The notes beneath the pieces are model-generated. The model worked only from the letters and a program-made list of their open reading frames with translations, was not told the DNA's origin and did not search any database. A DNA stretch of 57,888 nucleotides from an uncultured Dictyoglomota bacterium (GTDB lineage Bacteria; Dictyoglomota; Dictyoglomia; Dictyoglomales; Dictyoglomaceae). Shown one piece after another: positions 18,494 to 29,628 of the stretch (the stretch's first letter is position 1; every line of letters starts with the position of its first letter). Location of the stretch: contig CAZZIO010000015.1 of NCBI GenBank assembly GCA_964654465.1, positions 1 through 57,888 of the forward strand. The letters run 5' to 3'. Both the position numbers and the translations under genes were made by a program.

Positions 18494-19963
18494 CTAAAAT
18501 TCTAATTTTGATTTGATATAAAAATTTCTTAAAGATACAAGATCACTCTCTAATCCAAAGGCAGAGAATAAGGATTTTTGAGTAACTGAAAACTCCACAC
18601 CAAAAAATGGATTAATTCTAATATCACTTGCAGACACTAAATCTCTTGGATTAAAACAGCTATCACCTCCCACAGATAGAGTTAAATATATCCATTTGTT
18701 TAAGGGAAATGCATAAGTAATCTTTAAATACAAAGATCCATCCTCTGGTGAATCTCCAAAAGGATATCTTATATCCCCCATTAAACCTAATATACGTTCA
18801 TTAAGACCCTCTCCGTATCTTATAAAATACTTACCTGATAATGAGGCTAAAGAATAATTATAATTAGAGCCTCCACCATGAAAATCTATGCCAAAATTAA
18901 AATAGCTTCCAGATTTATAAACACCATTCTCTTCTAAAGTTGCATCTTGAGTTATATCAAAACTCAACACTTTATCATCAAGATTCGGATTATTTTTAAA
19001 ACCAATTTCACCTACTATATTATTACTACTGGAAAGAGTTTTATTAATACTCAATCCCCAATAATTATCTCCAAAATAAACTTTTAAAAACTCCCGTTGC
19101 CAAGAAATAAGGTAGTCAAAAGATCCTCGCATATTGTTAGAAATGTTTAACTCTAAATTGCCATAATTACTCAAATAGTAGCTAAAACGTAAATTTACTC
19201 TCTCATTTTTTTCATAAATCAAAGAAACTATTCTTGGTGATAGATATTCAACATTAAGATATAAAATTGTATAAGCTCCTTCAAAAGCCCATTCTGGTAT
19301 TATTTTTATCCTTATATTCTTTTTCAAAAGTTTCTGATTAAGTTCATCTATTTTCTTTAGATCAAGAGGATCTCCTATTGAAAGATTCAAATTCTCTTCA
19401 ATAACCTTCTTTTCCCATTGATTACCGCTTATTATTTCAATACTACCTATAATAGGAGCCTCTTTCCAAATAAATGAAAGAATTCCATCTTTAAAAATAT
19501 ATTGAGGAGAAATTTCTAAAACAAAACCCTTCTTTCTATAAAGATCCTCAATCTTTTTGCAATCCTCTTTAACTTTATCCTCAATAAAAAATTTGCCTTT
19601 GCCACTATAAATAACTTTCTGAATAGCATTAATTGTTATAAGCTTTATATCTGGAAATATTATGTCAGCAACAACAGGAAATTCTTCCACCTTTATGATC
19701 AGTTCATAACCACCATCTAATTTTTTAAGATCATAAGAGACAGATTTAAAATAACCACTTTCCTTTAACTTATTTAGTTGACCTTCTATATACTTTCCAT
19801 TATAAGTATTTAAAACTTTAATGTTTAATATATTCTGAACCGTATCGTAAGAAACATTTTTCAAACCTATTATAGATATTCCCTGAATAAAATAATTTTC
19901 ATCAGCAAAGGTAAGGTTTAAAGTAATTAAAAGAAATAAAGAAAATATTATTATCCTTTTCAA
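18494..19963 (-). CDS. Omp85-like outer membrane protein with ~3 POTRA domains and a short barrel (likely TTG start 19963)
   Basis: SD GGAGG before TTG; signal peptide; POTRA motifs (GLKNVS...SGYFKSV); amphipathic C-terminal strands ending KSKLEF. Confidence 0.7.
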   Translation of the reverse strand: MKRIIIFSLFLLITLNLTFADENYFIQGISIIGLKNVSYDTVQNILNIKVLNTYNGKYIEGQLNKLKESGYFKSVSYDLKKLDGGYELIIKVEEFPVVADIIFPDIKLITINAIQKVIYSGKGKFFIEDKVKEDCKKIEDLYRKKGFVLEISPQYIFKDGILSFIWKEAPIIGSIEIISGNQWEKKVIEENLNLSIGDPLDLKKIDELNQKLLKKNIRIKIIPEWAFEGAYTILYLNVEYLSPRIVSLIYEKNERVNLRFSYYLSNYGNLELNISNNMRGSFDYLISWQREFLKVYFGDNYWGLSINKTLSSSNNIVGEIGFKNNPNLDDKVLSFDITQDATLEENGVYKSGSYFNFGIDFHGGGSNYNYSLASLSGKYFIRYGEGLNERILGLMGDIRYPFGDSPEDGSLYLKITYAFPLNKWIYLTLSVGGDSCFNPRDLVSASDIRINPFFGVEFSVTQKSLFSAFGLESDLVSLRNFYIKSKLEF

Positions 19964-19980
19964 AGAGATCCCTCCATTCA

Positions 19981-22851
19981 TTAAAATATGTCTCCAAAAC
20001 TAAAATGAATTCTCCACTTAGTATTAGGATCCATTGGATCATTACCAAAATTATATCCAAAATCAAATCTTATTGGAATAATTATAGTTTCATACCTTAA
20101 ACCAAGTCCTACGCCAGTATAAAGTTTAATATCAGATAAGGAGGAAATATCTTTTGAATACCATGTACTTCCTGTATCTAAAAAGAAAACCCCATAAATT
20201 CCATTCCCAAGAGGAATTCTATATTGGACATTAAAAAGAGCAAATGTATCTCCTTTAAATTCATTATCATAAAATCCTCTGATAGAACTTGAGCCACCTA
20301 AGGTAAAGAGTTCAGTAGTTGGTATATTACCCTCCCCATATCCTAATCCTAATCTAAATGATAAAACTTGTCTATTTTTCTGCTCTATAATAGTTAAGGT
20401 GGACTCTCTATTAGTGAGAGGTATATGCCACTGAAAATCTCCTACATATTTGATAAAGTTAGCATCACTTCCACCACCAGCAAATTCTAAGTTTACATAT
20501 TGTCTATTTCCTTGTGTAGGATTTAAATAAAAATCTCTAGAATCTCTTATTAATCCTATCTTAAAACTCCCTACACTACTCTTAGGATTAGAGTTATCCA
20601 AATAAGTAATCTCTTCATATTTAAAACCAAAAGAAAGGCTCCAAAGTCTACCCAAAGGATAGGAGAATGAAAAAGCACCCCCAGTCTTTTCAACGGTAGA
20701 TGTTGTTAAATCTGTAATAGTTGTTTTTTTGTCATAAATATCCAATTGAAAAGAATTTCTCCCTCCTAAAAACCAAGGATCACTGAAACTTAACTGATAA
20801 TTGATCTTTCCTAAACCTGTTAATGATAATTGTAAACTTAAACTTTTAGCTTTCCCAAATAAATTGCCTTCTTTATACTCCACAAAACCATATATACCTA
20901 CATCCGTCGCATACCCACCACCAAAATTAAAAGATCCGGAAAGTTTTTCTTTTGCAACATAAATAACCTTTACCATTTCCTCTGAACTTCCCTGTTCGAA
21001 CCTAACAGATACGTCTTCAAATATTCCCACATTATATATATTTTGAAGATCCCTTTTTATCTTTTCCCAATTAACAGGTTCTCCAACCTTTAATGAAATT
21101 TCCCTCTTAATCACATTCTTATCTGTCGGTCTTCTTAGTACAGCTAAAAATCCTAATACCGAAGTTTCTGTAGCAGGAACAATTTCTACTCCAATGTCTT
21201 CTACTTTATACTCCTTAAAGGTAAATATCAATTCACCATCTTCAGTAAAAGAGAAGGATTGAAGAACTGTGAAAACATACCCTTTTTGTTGGAGGAAATT
21301 TTGAATATTAATTATATCCTTTTTTATAAAATTAGTATTAAAAGGGCTATCCTCTTTTGTTAACAATATAGTCTTTAAGTAATCAATTGCTACTCCCGTT
21401 AATCCTACAAAACTTATCTTTCTAACTATAGGATTTTCCTTAAAAATAAAAGTAAGAGATATCTTATCTTCATTGGTTATGGATTCTACATCTACATCTT
21501 CAAAATAACCTAATTCTTTAAATTTAGAAACTTGTTCATCAATCTTATCTTGCGTAATAAAATCCCCCCTATCTATTATTCTATACTTGTCAACCTCGGA
21601 TTCTGCAACTTTAGAAAGTCCTTTATAACTAATATTCTCTAAGATAGGATTTTCCCTTACTATAAAAGTCACATAAGCCATATTATTAGGTGACACCACA
21701 TATTTTATATCTACATATGAAAAATAACCAGAATTTATTAAGAGATTTTTTCTTTCTTCAACATATTTTTCAGATAAGAAATCCTTTGAAGTTTTTTTAA
21801 TTATATTAAAAAACTTATCCTTGGACACATTTTTTAAACCCTTTACATCGATCAAAACTATCCATGGATTTTCCTTTAAGTTAATATCTAATCCAGCAGC
21901 ATTGTTTCCAAGATTAATTGTTTTAAAAGCTATTTCTTTAAAATATCCTGTATCCTCTAATCTAGATCTTAGATTGTCTAAAAGCCCTTGAGACAGATAA
22001 ACCTCTGTATTTAAAAATATAGAATTTCCTTTTATATCTCCCTTAAATCCTATTACTTGCATTAAATCTTTCATCTCTAATTTATTTAGACCAGAAATCG
22101 AGATTTTAGATAATAACGGATTCTCTTTTAGATTTATATTAAGTGATAACTTATTATCCTTTTTTTCAATTTTAAAATCTACTTCAGAAAATAAACCACT
22201 ATACATTAACATTTCTTTCTTCTCTAAAATTGCATCTTCCGATATAAGCATGCCTTCTTTTAACCCTAATAATTCTAACACTCTCTCCTTAGATATTCTA
22301 TTTAGTCCGTTTATTTGAATGCTATCTAAAACTGGATTTTCTTTAAAATAAAATGTCAAAATTACACCAGAATCTATTTTTTCTTGTGTAATATCAATAT
22401 CAGAAAAATAACCTTTAGACATGAATTTTCTTCTCTGCTCCCAGATAAGCTGATCAGTAGTCCATCCTATATAAGGAAGAATAACTGAATCTTGAATATC
22501 TTTTAAAGCTAGTTTCTGTAAGCCTTGAAATCTTACTCCATTCACAAATATAAGAAAGGGTGATTCTACCACATTTATTTCAAGAATAATTCCATCCTTC
22601 TGGGAGATCTTATTCAACACAACAGAAATGAAATAAGAAGAATCCTCCAATTTTTCTTTTATCGCATTCAGTTTATCGTCAGAGATATATATATTCTTTC
22701 CTATTCCTGCTATCTTTAATATCTCTTGAGTGCTTATTTTTGTATTGCCCTTTACTATAACATCTATTACTTTATATTCTGTCTGAGCGAATACTAATAC
22801 AGAGGAAAATATTAAAAAGAAGAATAAGGATAAAAATACTATCTTTTTCAA
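19981..22851 (-). CDS. bamA: Outer membrane protein assembly factor BamA with ~8 POTRA domains
   Basis: Signal peptide, repeated POTRA units, barrel motifs GSFNFGGGY, NLFG, DPWF, GGSSSIRGF, GLGLRY, RFDFG, C-terminal F. Confidence 0.92.
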   Translation of the reverse strand: MKKIVFLSLFFFLIFSSVLVFAQTEYKVIDVIVKGNTKISTQEILKIAGIGKNIYISDDKLNAIKEKLEDSSYFISVVLNKISQKDGIILEINVVESPFLIFVNGVRFQGLQKLALKDIQDSVILPYIGWTTDQLIWEQRRKFMSKGYFSDIDITQEKIDSGVILTFYFKENPVLDSIQINGLNRISKERVLELLGLKEGMLISEDAILEKKEMLMYSGLFSEVDFKIEKKDNKLSLNINLKENPLLSKISISGLNKLEMKDLMQVIGFKGDIKGNSIFLNTEVYLSQGLLDNLRSRLEDTGYFKEIAFKTINLGNNAAGLDINLKENPWIVLIDVKGLKNVSKDKFFNIIKKTSKDFLSEKYVEERKNLLINSGYFSYVDIKYVVSPNNMAYVTFIVRENPILENISYKGLSKVAESEVDKYRIIDRGDFITQDKIDEQVSKFKELGYFEDVDVESITNEDKISLTFIFKENPIVRKISFVGLTGVAIDYLKTILLTKEDSPFNTNFIKKDIINIQNFLQQKGYVFTVLQSFSFTEDGELIFTFKEYKVEDIGVEIVPATETSVLGFLAVLRRPTDKNVIKREISLKVGEPVNWEKIKRDLQNIYNVGIFEDVSVRFEQGSSEEMVKVIYVAKEKLSGSFNFGGGYATDVGIYGFVEYKEGNLFGKAKSLSLQLSLTGLGKINYQLSFSDPWFLGGRNSFQLDIYDKKTTITDLTTSTVEKTGGAFSFSYPLGRLWSLSFGFKYEEITYLDNSNPKSSVGSFKIGLIRDSRDFYLNPTQGNRQYVNLEFAGGGSDANFIKYVGDFQWHIPLTNRESTLTIIEQKNRQVLSFRLGLGYGEGNIPTTELFTLGGSSSIRGFYDNEFKGDTFALFNVQYRIPLGNGIYGVFFLDTGSTWYSKDISSLSDIKLYTGVGLGLRYETIIIPIRFDFGYNFGNDPMDPNTKWRIHFSFGDIF

Positions 22852-22870
22852 AGCTAATTCACCTTCCTTC

Positions 22871-25800
22871 TTAAAACTTTGTAGAATATTCCATATTAAA
22901 ATTGAATTGTTTTCCCTGAGAGGTATAAAGCTTAAATTTCAAATCATTACTTAATTTATAGCTAAATTCACCACTCCACATCCTATCTCCCCCTAAAGAA
23001 TAATTTAATGTGAAATATAATCTATCCCAAATTCTCTTTTCAAGAGTTAAGCTTTTCCAAATCGGTAATAAACCTTGTATTTCATAATCTACTTTTAAAC
23101 TATCAAGACTAAAGATATTAGATATCTCTGAAACAATAGGATTTAAAATAAAATTTCCAAAAGCAGAGCTTATAACTCCTTCTACTCCTATAGGAATGCT
23201 TTCTATAATACTTGAAAGAGTCCAGGTTTCTGATTGTGCTATAGGAAGATTTTTTTGTCCCACAAGAAGAAATAAAATTTCTCTAAAGGTAAGAGGGGGA
23301 TCTGAAGAAAACACAAAAGAATTATTTCCCATAAAACTATAACCTTTCAAATATATGATATATCCCTGTATGATAGTACTAGCAGAAATTTCCCAAATAT
23401 TCTCTTCAAAACTTAAGCCAGGAAACTTAATATATCCATTATTCACAATAAAAGAATTACCTAAAACATTAATATTTCCACTATTAAAGGATAACTTTCC
23501 ATCCAAAATTGGCTTTGCACTATTACCTTTTACTGCAAGATCCCCCTTAATTGACAGATATAAAAACTCATTTTCATAAAACATAACATTATCTTTAAAG
23601 GATATTTTAAGATCAAAATCTAATGGAAGAGAAATATTAGGAATCTGTGTATTTAACTGCGGATATTTAACATGGGTATTAAAAACTATGCAATTTCCAC
23701 TAAGAATATATCTATCTTTTTTCTGATAAAACATTAAATCCCCAGATAAATAGCCCTTTGCCATATCAGGTATGCAAAAACAAATTTCTGAAAAATCAGA
23801 TTTTATCATTATATTTGGATAAACTTTACCTTTTAAAATAAGATTATTATTGTCTCCACCTAAATTTAAATTATTTAATAAAATCTCACCATTTTTTGCA
23901 ATCATATCAAAACTTACATACTTAAATTTTTTTTCTATATAATTAACCACAATCGGATCTTTCCATTTAATATCACCTTCAATACTTTGAAGATCCTTAT
24001 TACCCTTTATACTGACCCTTAATTCTCCCTTAGTTATATCTCCGCTTTTTAAAATTCCTTTCGGTAATAATGAATTAATAAAGAAAATATCAGGTAATGA
24101 TATGTTAAATGTAAAGTCATTCAAAGAAAATTCTCCTTTAATTTCACCATTATCTTTTGACAATCTTGAGATCGTTCCTCTCAATAAATATCTATTCTGG
24201 ATGTTATAAATATTCATGGATATATCAAATGGCATAAATCCAGAGATAACCACATCCTTGGTATTTAATTTTACATTATTCACTTGAAAACTCTTCATCT
24301 CCATATTACCAGATAACATTCCACTTACAAAATCTATATTCATATTTTTCAAAAAACTAAGATTAATATTTTCAAAAGCCCAAAATCCATTTCCAGAAAA
24401 ATCTATGTTCCCTTCAATTTTTCCAGCCTCTTCTAAATAAACCCTTAAAAATACTTCTCCTTCTTTTAAAGAAATATTAGCGATGAGATCTTTTAGTTGA
24501 AAAACGTTATGCTTATCTATTTTGAGATTAATATAATCAAGATCCTTGTTGACTTTTCCAATAAAAGATGAATTTAAGAGAGAAATCTTAGAATTAATAT
24601 AAAGATTAAAATCATTATTTCCTTTTAAATCAAATACCCCATCAATTTTTAAATTAACTAATGAATAATCAAAAACAATCTGGAACTTCAAAAGATCTTT
24701 GTAAGTTCCTTTAAATACAACATTATTTAAGTTTATATTTCGAATGCTAAAAGTCTTAGAAACCCCAGAGAAATTAATCCCCTCATTAGCAAAATCTATT
24801 TCTAATTGATCAATTTTTCCTAAATAATCATTAAGAGAAGAAAGATCTAAATTCTCACAGATAATTTTAACCTCTTTTTCTTTCAAGTTCACATTACCAG
24901 CTAACTTTCCTCCAAGAATATCCCCATTTAATTTCATATTATCCTTTTCAATCTCTACACTAAGCTTAACAAATTCATTTCTCTCTCTATATATAAAAAT
25001 CTCTCCTTTTAGATTTACACTATCAAAAGAAAACTTTCCAACTCCTTCTAAAGAATATGGTCCAATAAAGCTGATATCTTTTATCTCTTTAGAATTTGAA
25101 AGATCTAATGTTGCTTTTATATCTTCTATATTCATGCCGTAAAAATCTAATTTAGGAATTTTAAAGAGTACCTTATTTCCTTTTATTAATACATTTCCTG
25201 AAAGCTCAAAATCCAGCAACTTAATATCATTAAAATCTATGTTCCCATCACCCGAAATATCATAATAACCTTTTATTGATCCCTCAAGAATTTGCCCATC
25301 TATATTAAATTTGTTATCCCTAAAGCTCCCATGTATATATCCAAGTTTATTTTTATTAATTAAAAGATTTTCAAGTAGTATATTTCCTTTTTCTAAAGAA
25401 AAAACAAAATTACCTTCCAAACTACCTATATTATCAAGTTCTGAATAAAATTCTCCTGAAAACTTATTATCCATGGTTAATTTCAATTTTTTAACCTTAC
25501 CACCCAAAAAATCAATATTTTCGCCCCAAAATGAAATCTTCCAATTGTTAAAATCTCCTTCTATTTTTGCATTCAAAAAGCAATCTTTATCCACACTCAA
25601 AAAATAACCATCAACACTTCCACTACTATCTAAATTCAAATCAAAATTAGAAACCTTAATTTCAAAATCTTTATATTTTAGACTTCCTATTTTTGTATAA
25701 AATTTCAACTTCCAAGAAGAAAAATCTCCTTTAAAATAAAATAAACTATTAAAACTAAACTCCTCTCTAAAAGATAATCTTCCTTCCACTTCCCCATTCA

Positions 25801-26302
25801 TATTTAAAATATTTAACTTTCCCTTTCCTAAAAATAAACTATTATTATATTTTCCACTTAAGGACAGGCTTAGATTCTTTAAATCATGACCCTTTAGATT
25901 TATGCTGACTATTCTCAATGGAAAGTTTTTGATAATAAGATCTTTTCCATAGAGAGATATATCAAAATAGGGATTCTTTAAAATATTACCTGAGATCTTA
26001 ATCCTTATCAACAGATCTCCATCAATATCTAAGTTGGATAATTGATGAATTGAGGATTTAATTTTCAATATTTCAATATTTGATGAAAGGAGAGAAATGT
26101 ATCCCAATAGATTTTTAGGATCATATTTACCGCTTACCCAAACATATCCAAAATCATCAGTAAGTAATTTACCATTAATATTAAAATCTTCCGTAGTAGT
26201 TTTGTTTATACCTAATACTCCTTTTTTAACATATATCCCTGCGGATATACTAAAAAACTCTAACCTTAGCTTTTTTAAAAAAAAACTGAATTTCTCAATA
26301 AA
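22871..26302 (-). CDS. tamB: TamB/AsmA-like protein, C-terminal part (DUF490); frame open upstream of TTG 26107 to 26302
   Basis: Beta-taco-like repeats; FSSDPPLT.REILFLL motif; directly upstream of bamA; my translation shows no stop between 26302 and 26107. Confidence 0.75.
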   Translation of the reverse strand, partial: FIEKFSFFLKKLRLEFFSISAGIYVKKGVLGINKTTTEDFNINGKLLTDDFGYVWVSGKYDPKNLLGYISLLSSNIEILKIKSSIHQLSNLDIDGDLLIRIKISGNILKNPYFDISLYGKDLIIKNFPLRIVSINLKGHDLKNLSLSLSGKYNNSLFLGKGKLNILNMNGEVEGRLSFREEFSFNSLFYFKGDFSSWKLKFYTKIGSLKYKDFEIKVSNFDLNLDSSGSVDGYFLSVDKDCFLNAKIEGDFNNWKISFWGENIDFLGGKVKKLKLTMDNKFSGEFYSELDNIGSLEGNFVFSLEKGNILLENLLINKNKLGYIHGSFRDNKFNIDGQILEGSIKGYYDISGDGNIDFNDIKLLDFELSGNVLIKGNKVLFKIPKLDFYGMNIEDIKATLDLSNSKEIKDISFIGPYSLEGVGKFSFDSVNLKGEIFIYRERNEFVKLSVEIEKDNMKLNGDILGGKLAGNVNLKEKEVKIICENLDLSSLNDYLGKIDQLEIDFANEGINFSGVSKTFSIRNINLNNVVFKGTYKDLLKFQIVFDYSLVNLKIDGVFDLKGNNDFNLYINSKISLLNSSFIGKVNKDLDYINLKIDKHNVFQLKDLIANISLKEGEVFLRVYLEEAGKIEGNIDFSGNGFWAFENINLSFLKNMNIDFVSGMLSGNMEMKSFQVNNVKLNTKDVVISGFMPFDISMNIYNIQNRYLLRGTISRLSKDNGEIKGEFSLNDFTFNISLPDIFFINSLLPKGILKSGDITKGELRVSIKGNKDLQSIEGDIKWKDPIVVNYIEKKFKYVSFDMIAKNGEILLNNLNLGGDNNNLILKGKVYPNIMIKSDFSEICFCIPDMAKGYLSGDLMFYQKKDRYILSGNCIVFNTHVKYPQLNTQIPNISLPLDFDLKISFKDNVMFYENEFLYLSIKGDLAVKGNSAKPILDGKLSFNSGNINVLGNSFIVNNGYIKFPGLSFEENIWEISASTIIQGYIIYLKGYSFMGNNSFVFSSDPPLTFREILFLLVGQKNLPIAQSETWTLSSIIESIPIGVEGVISSAFGNFILNPIVSEISNIFSLDSLKVDYEIQGLLPIWKSLTLEKRIWDRLYFTLNYSLGGDRMWSGEFSYKLSNDLKFKLYTSQGKQFNFNMEYSTKF

Positions 26303-27714
26303 TCAAAATTTAAGCTTCCTTCCTCATTTTCCAAAGAAAAGATAATTTTTTCAGCAGAATAATCTCCCATTTTTCCATTCTCTATTACTCCATCAACAAA
26401 AACCTTCCATCCTTTACTAGCCTCTTTATTCCCTTTCACAACTAAAGAACCTTTTCCTTCTATATCTGGTAGGTTAAATAGCTTGGATATCTTTTCTAAT
26501 CTTATGTTTTCAGCACTTAAGTAAAACTTGCCAGAATTCTTTTCAAGTTCATAATTCATATTTCCTGATGCCTTACCAATTTCCAAATCACCAGTAAAAG
26601 AGACTAAAAGCCCAGGTATCTTAGCATCCAGATTTAAGGCTATATTATCAAATTTGATATCATAAATAGTTCCATCTTTAATATACACCTCTCCTGAAAT
26701 CCAGGGTTTATCCCATGAATTTTTAATAATTAAATTTCCTTCTCCCTTTCCCTTAAGTTTGAGGGAACTATTAAGAAACTCTTTATCTATTTTCTCTCCA
26801 TTAAGGTTCTTAAAAGATACTTGGATATCAGGATCTGGTGCTACTTTCCCACTGAAATTTACAGAAGCTTCAAACCAAACCCCATCTCCTTGTACAACTG
26901 ATATATTTTCATTATTTATTTTTACCTTCATACATACATTCTCTATTGTTCCTGGAACACCAGATATGCTTCCTTTTACCTCTTTTGTATCCATCTCTCC
27001 ACTATAACTCCATTTATCTTTGTCCCCTTTTGTATTAAACCATCCAGAAAAAGTTCCCTTTTCAACCTTAAATATATCAGGTAGAAATATAGGAGCCCAT
27101 ATTGTAGCATTAGTATTTTTAAACTCAAAAGTTAAATCTCCCGATAATTTGGAAAAATTATAATATCCATAGGCTTTTATGTTTTGTCCATCAGCCAAGA
27201 TTGTAGCTACATCATAATTTATGACTTGATTTTTATAAGATAAATCTCCATTTACCTTATTTATCTCTATATCTTTCTTAAGCTTCAAATCCCTGATTAC
27301 AAAAATTCCATCTTTTATTTTTCCCTTAATTTCAATATTGATATTTTGAGAAGATGTTCCAGATTTTCCAATACCAGGAATTTCAGGAAACTTCCATTCC
27401 CCTTTTTCATCATGTATTATTATTATTTTGGGTTTTATAAATTCTAAAGTAATAGGAGAAAGCTTTATAGCATCTCCCACTGAAAGGCTTACATTGGTAA
27501 ATAACGCAAAATTTCCAAGCTCTAACTTTGCAATCTGTATCTTATTCGGAAAAATATACCTTACATCTTCTACCTTAAAAGATTCTCCAAAACTTCTATT
27601 CAATACATAAACTACAACATACTTTACCCATAATGGTGATGTTATGTATATAATTCCTATTAATATAAAAACTATACTAAAGACTAAGATCAGAAACTTT
27701 TTTACCTTCTTCAT
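26275..27714 (-). CDS. TamB/AsmA-like protein, N-terminal part
   Basis: N-terminal TM anchor; AsmA-like KPKIIIIHDEKGEWKF; stop falls at the end of a T9 tract. Confidence 0.7.
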   Translation of the reverse strand: MKKVKKFLILVFSIVFILIGIIYITSPLWVKYVVVYVLNRSFGESFKVEDVRYIFPNKIQIAKLELGNFALFTNVSLSVGDAIKLSPITLEFIKPKIIIIHDEKGEWKFPEIPGIGKSGTSSQNINIEIKGKIKDGIFVIRDLKLKKDIEINKVNGDLSYKNQVINYDVATILADGQNIKAYGYYNFSKLSGDLTFEFKNTNATIWAPIFLPDIFKVEKGTFSGWFNTKGDKDKWSYSGEMDTKEVKGSISGVPGTIENVCMKVKINNENISVVQGDGVWFEASVNFSGKVAPDPDIQVSFKNLNGEKIDKEFLNSSLKLKGKGEGNLIIKNSWDKPWISGEVYIKDGTIYDIKFDNIALNLDAKIPGLLVSFTGDLEIGKASGNMNYELEKNSGKFYLSAENIRLEKISKLFNLPDIEGKGSLVVKGNKEASKGWKVFVDGVIENGKMGDYSAEKIIFSLENEEGSLNFDLLRNSVFF

Positions 27715-28978
27715 AACTCACTCTCTTAACATTTGCTCCTAATGTAGAAAGTTTTTCTTCTAAAGCCACATATCCTCTATCTATATGTTCATCCACATCT
27801 AATACCTCTGTAACTCCTTCTGCCACTAAACCTGCAAGCACTAAGGCAGCACCCGCTCTTAGATCTGTAGCCTCCACAGGTGCTCCTTTCAATTTTTCAA
27901 CTCCCTGTATCAAAGCTGTTCTTCCATCTATACTTATTTTAGCACCTAATCTCAACAATTCTCCTACATGTAAAAATCTATTTTCAAAAACAGTCTCAAC
28001 TATCAAACTTGTACCCTGAGCAAGGCTTAAAAATACCATCATTTGAGGTTGAAGATCTGTAGGAAAACCAGGATAAGGCATAGTAGTTACCTCTATCCCT
28101 TTCCAAACCTTTTCTCCTTTAACCCTTACCTCTCTATCCCTTATTTGCAAAGAATTTACACCAGCCTCTTTAAGCTTAATAAATAAACTTTGGAGATGTT
28201 CAGGTTCTATATTCTTTATTACTAAATCTTTTCCTATCATTATTCCTGCTATTATAAAGGTCCCTGCTGCTATCCTATCAGGAATAATTTTATAATAATC
28301 AATGGGTTGTAATTCTTTCTTACCTTTTATATATATGGTGGAAGTGCCTAAGCCTTCAATTTCCGCTCCCATGCTTTTTAAAAAATTTCCAAGGTCCACA
28401 ACTTCAGGTTCACAAGCTGCATTCTCTATTATAGTTTCTCCTTGAGCTAAAACAGCAGCCATCATAATATTTCTTGTAGCTCCTACACTTGGTTTATCAA
28501 GATGAATTTTGGCTCCCTTCAACCCCTTTTTTGCTCTTGCACAAACAAAACCTTTATCTACAGTTATCTCTGCTCCTAAACTTTCAAAGCCTTTTATATG
28601 AAGATCCACCGGTCTTAAACCAATTCTACATCCACCTGGATAAGGAATCTCTGCTTCTCCAAAGTAAGCAAGTAGAGGTCCCATCAATTCAAAAGAAGCT
28701 CTCATTCGAGAAACTAATTCATAAGGAGCTCTATATCCCTTTGGTTCTCCTTTAATAAGTACCTTATCTCCTTCTAAAAACTCTACGCTTAATCCTAAAT
28801 ATCTCAGTATTTCAGCCATTGTTAAGTTATCTTTTACAGGTGGAACATTATCCAAAATAAGATCTCCAGAGTTTAAAAGAGAGGCAGCCATAATAGGCAG
28901 AGAAGCATTTTTACTTCCCCATATATCTATTTCACCTTTAAGCTTATGTCTGCCTTCAATAATAAACTTATCTCTCAT
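27677..28978 (-). CDS. murA: UDP-N-acetylglucosamine 1-carboxyvinyltransferase (start ATG 28978)
   Basis: GSKNASLP, RMRAS, PGGCRIGLRPVDLH (active-site Cys), PGFPTDLQ, TDLRAGA, HIDRGY. Confidence 0.96.
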   Translation of the reverse strand: MRDKFIIEGRHKLKGEIDIWGSKNASLPIMAASLLNSGDLILDNVPPVKDNLTMAEILRYLGLSVEFLEGDKVLIKGEPKGYRAPYELVSRMRASFELMGPLLAYFGEAEIPYPGGCRIGLRPVDLHIKGFESLGAEITVDKGFVCARAKKGLKGAKIHLDKPSVGATRNIMMAAVLAQGETIIENAACEPEVVDLGNFLKSMGAEIEGLGTSTIYIKGKKELQPIDYYKIIPDRIAAGTFIIAGIMIGKDLVIKNIEPEHLQSLFIKLKEAGVNSLQIRDREVRVKGEKVWKGIEVTTMPYPGFPTDLQPQMMVFLSLAQGTSLIVETVFENRFLHVGELLRLGAKISIDGRTALIQGVEKLKGAPVEATDLRAGAALVLAGLVAEGVTEVLDVDEHIDRGYVALEEKLSTLGANVKRVSYEEGKKVSDLSL

Positions 28979-29000
28979 TCCAACTTTATTTAAAGTAATA

Positions 29001-29624
<624 letters not shown>

Positions 29625-29628
29625 TTAA

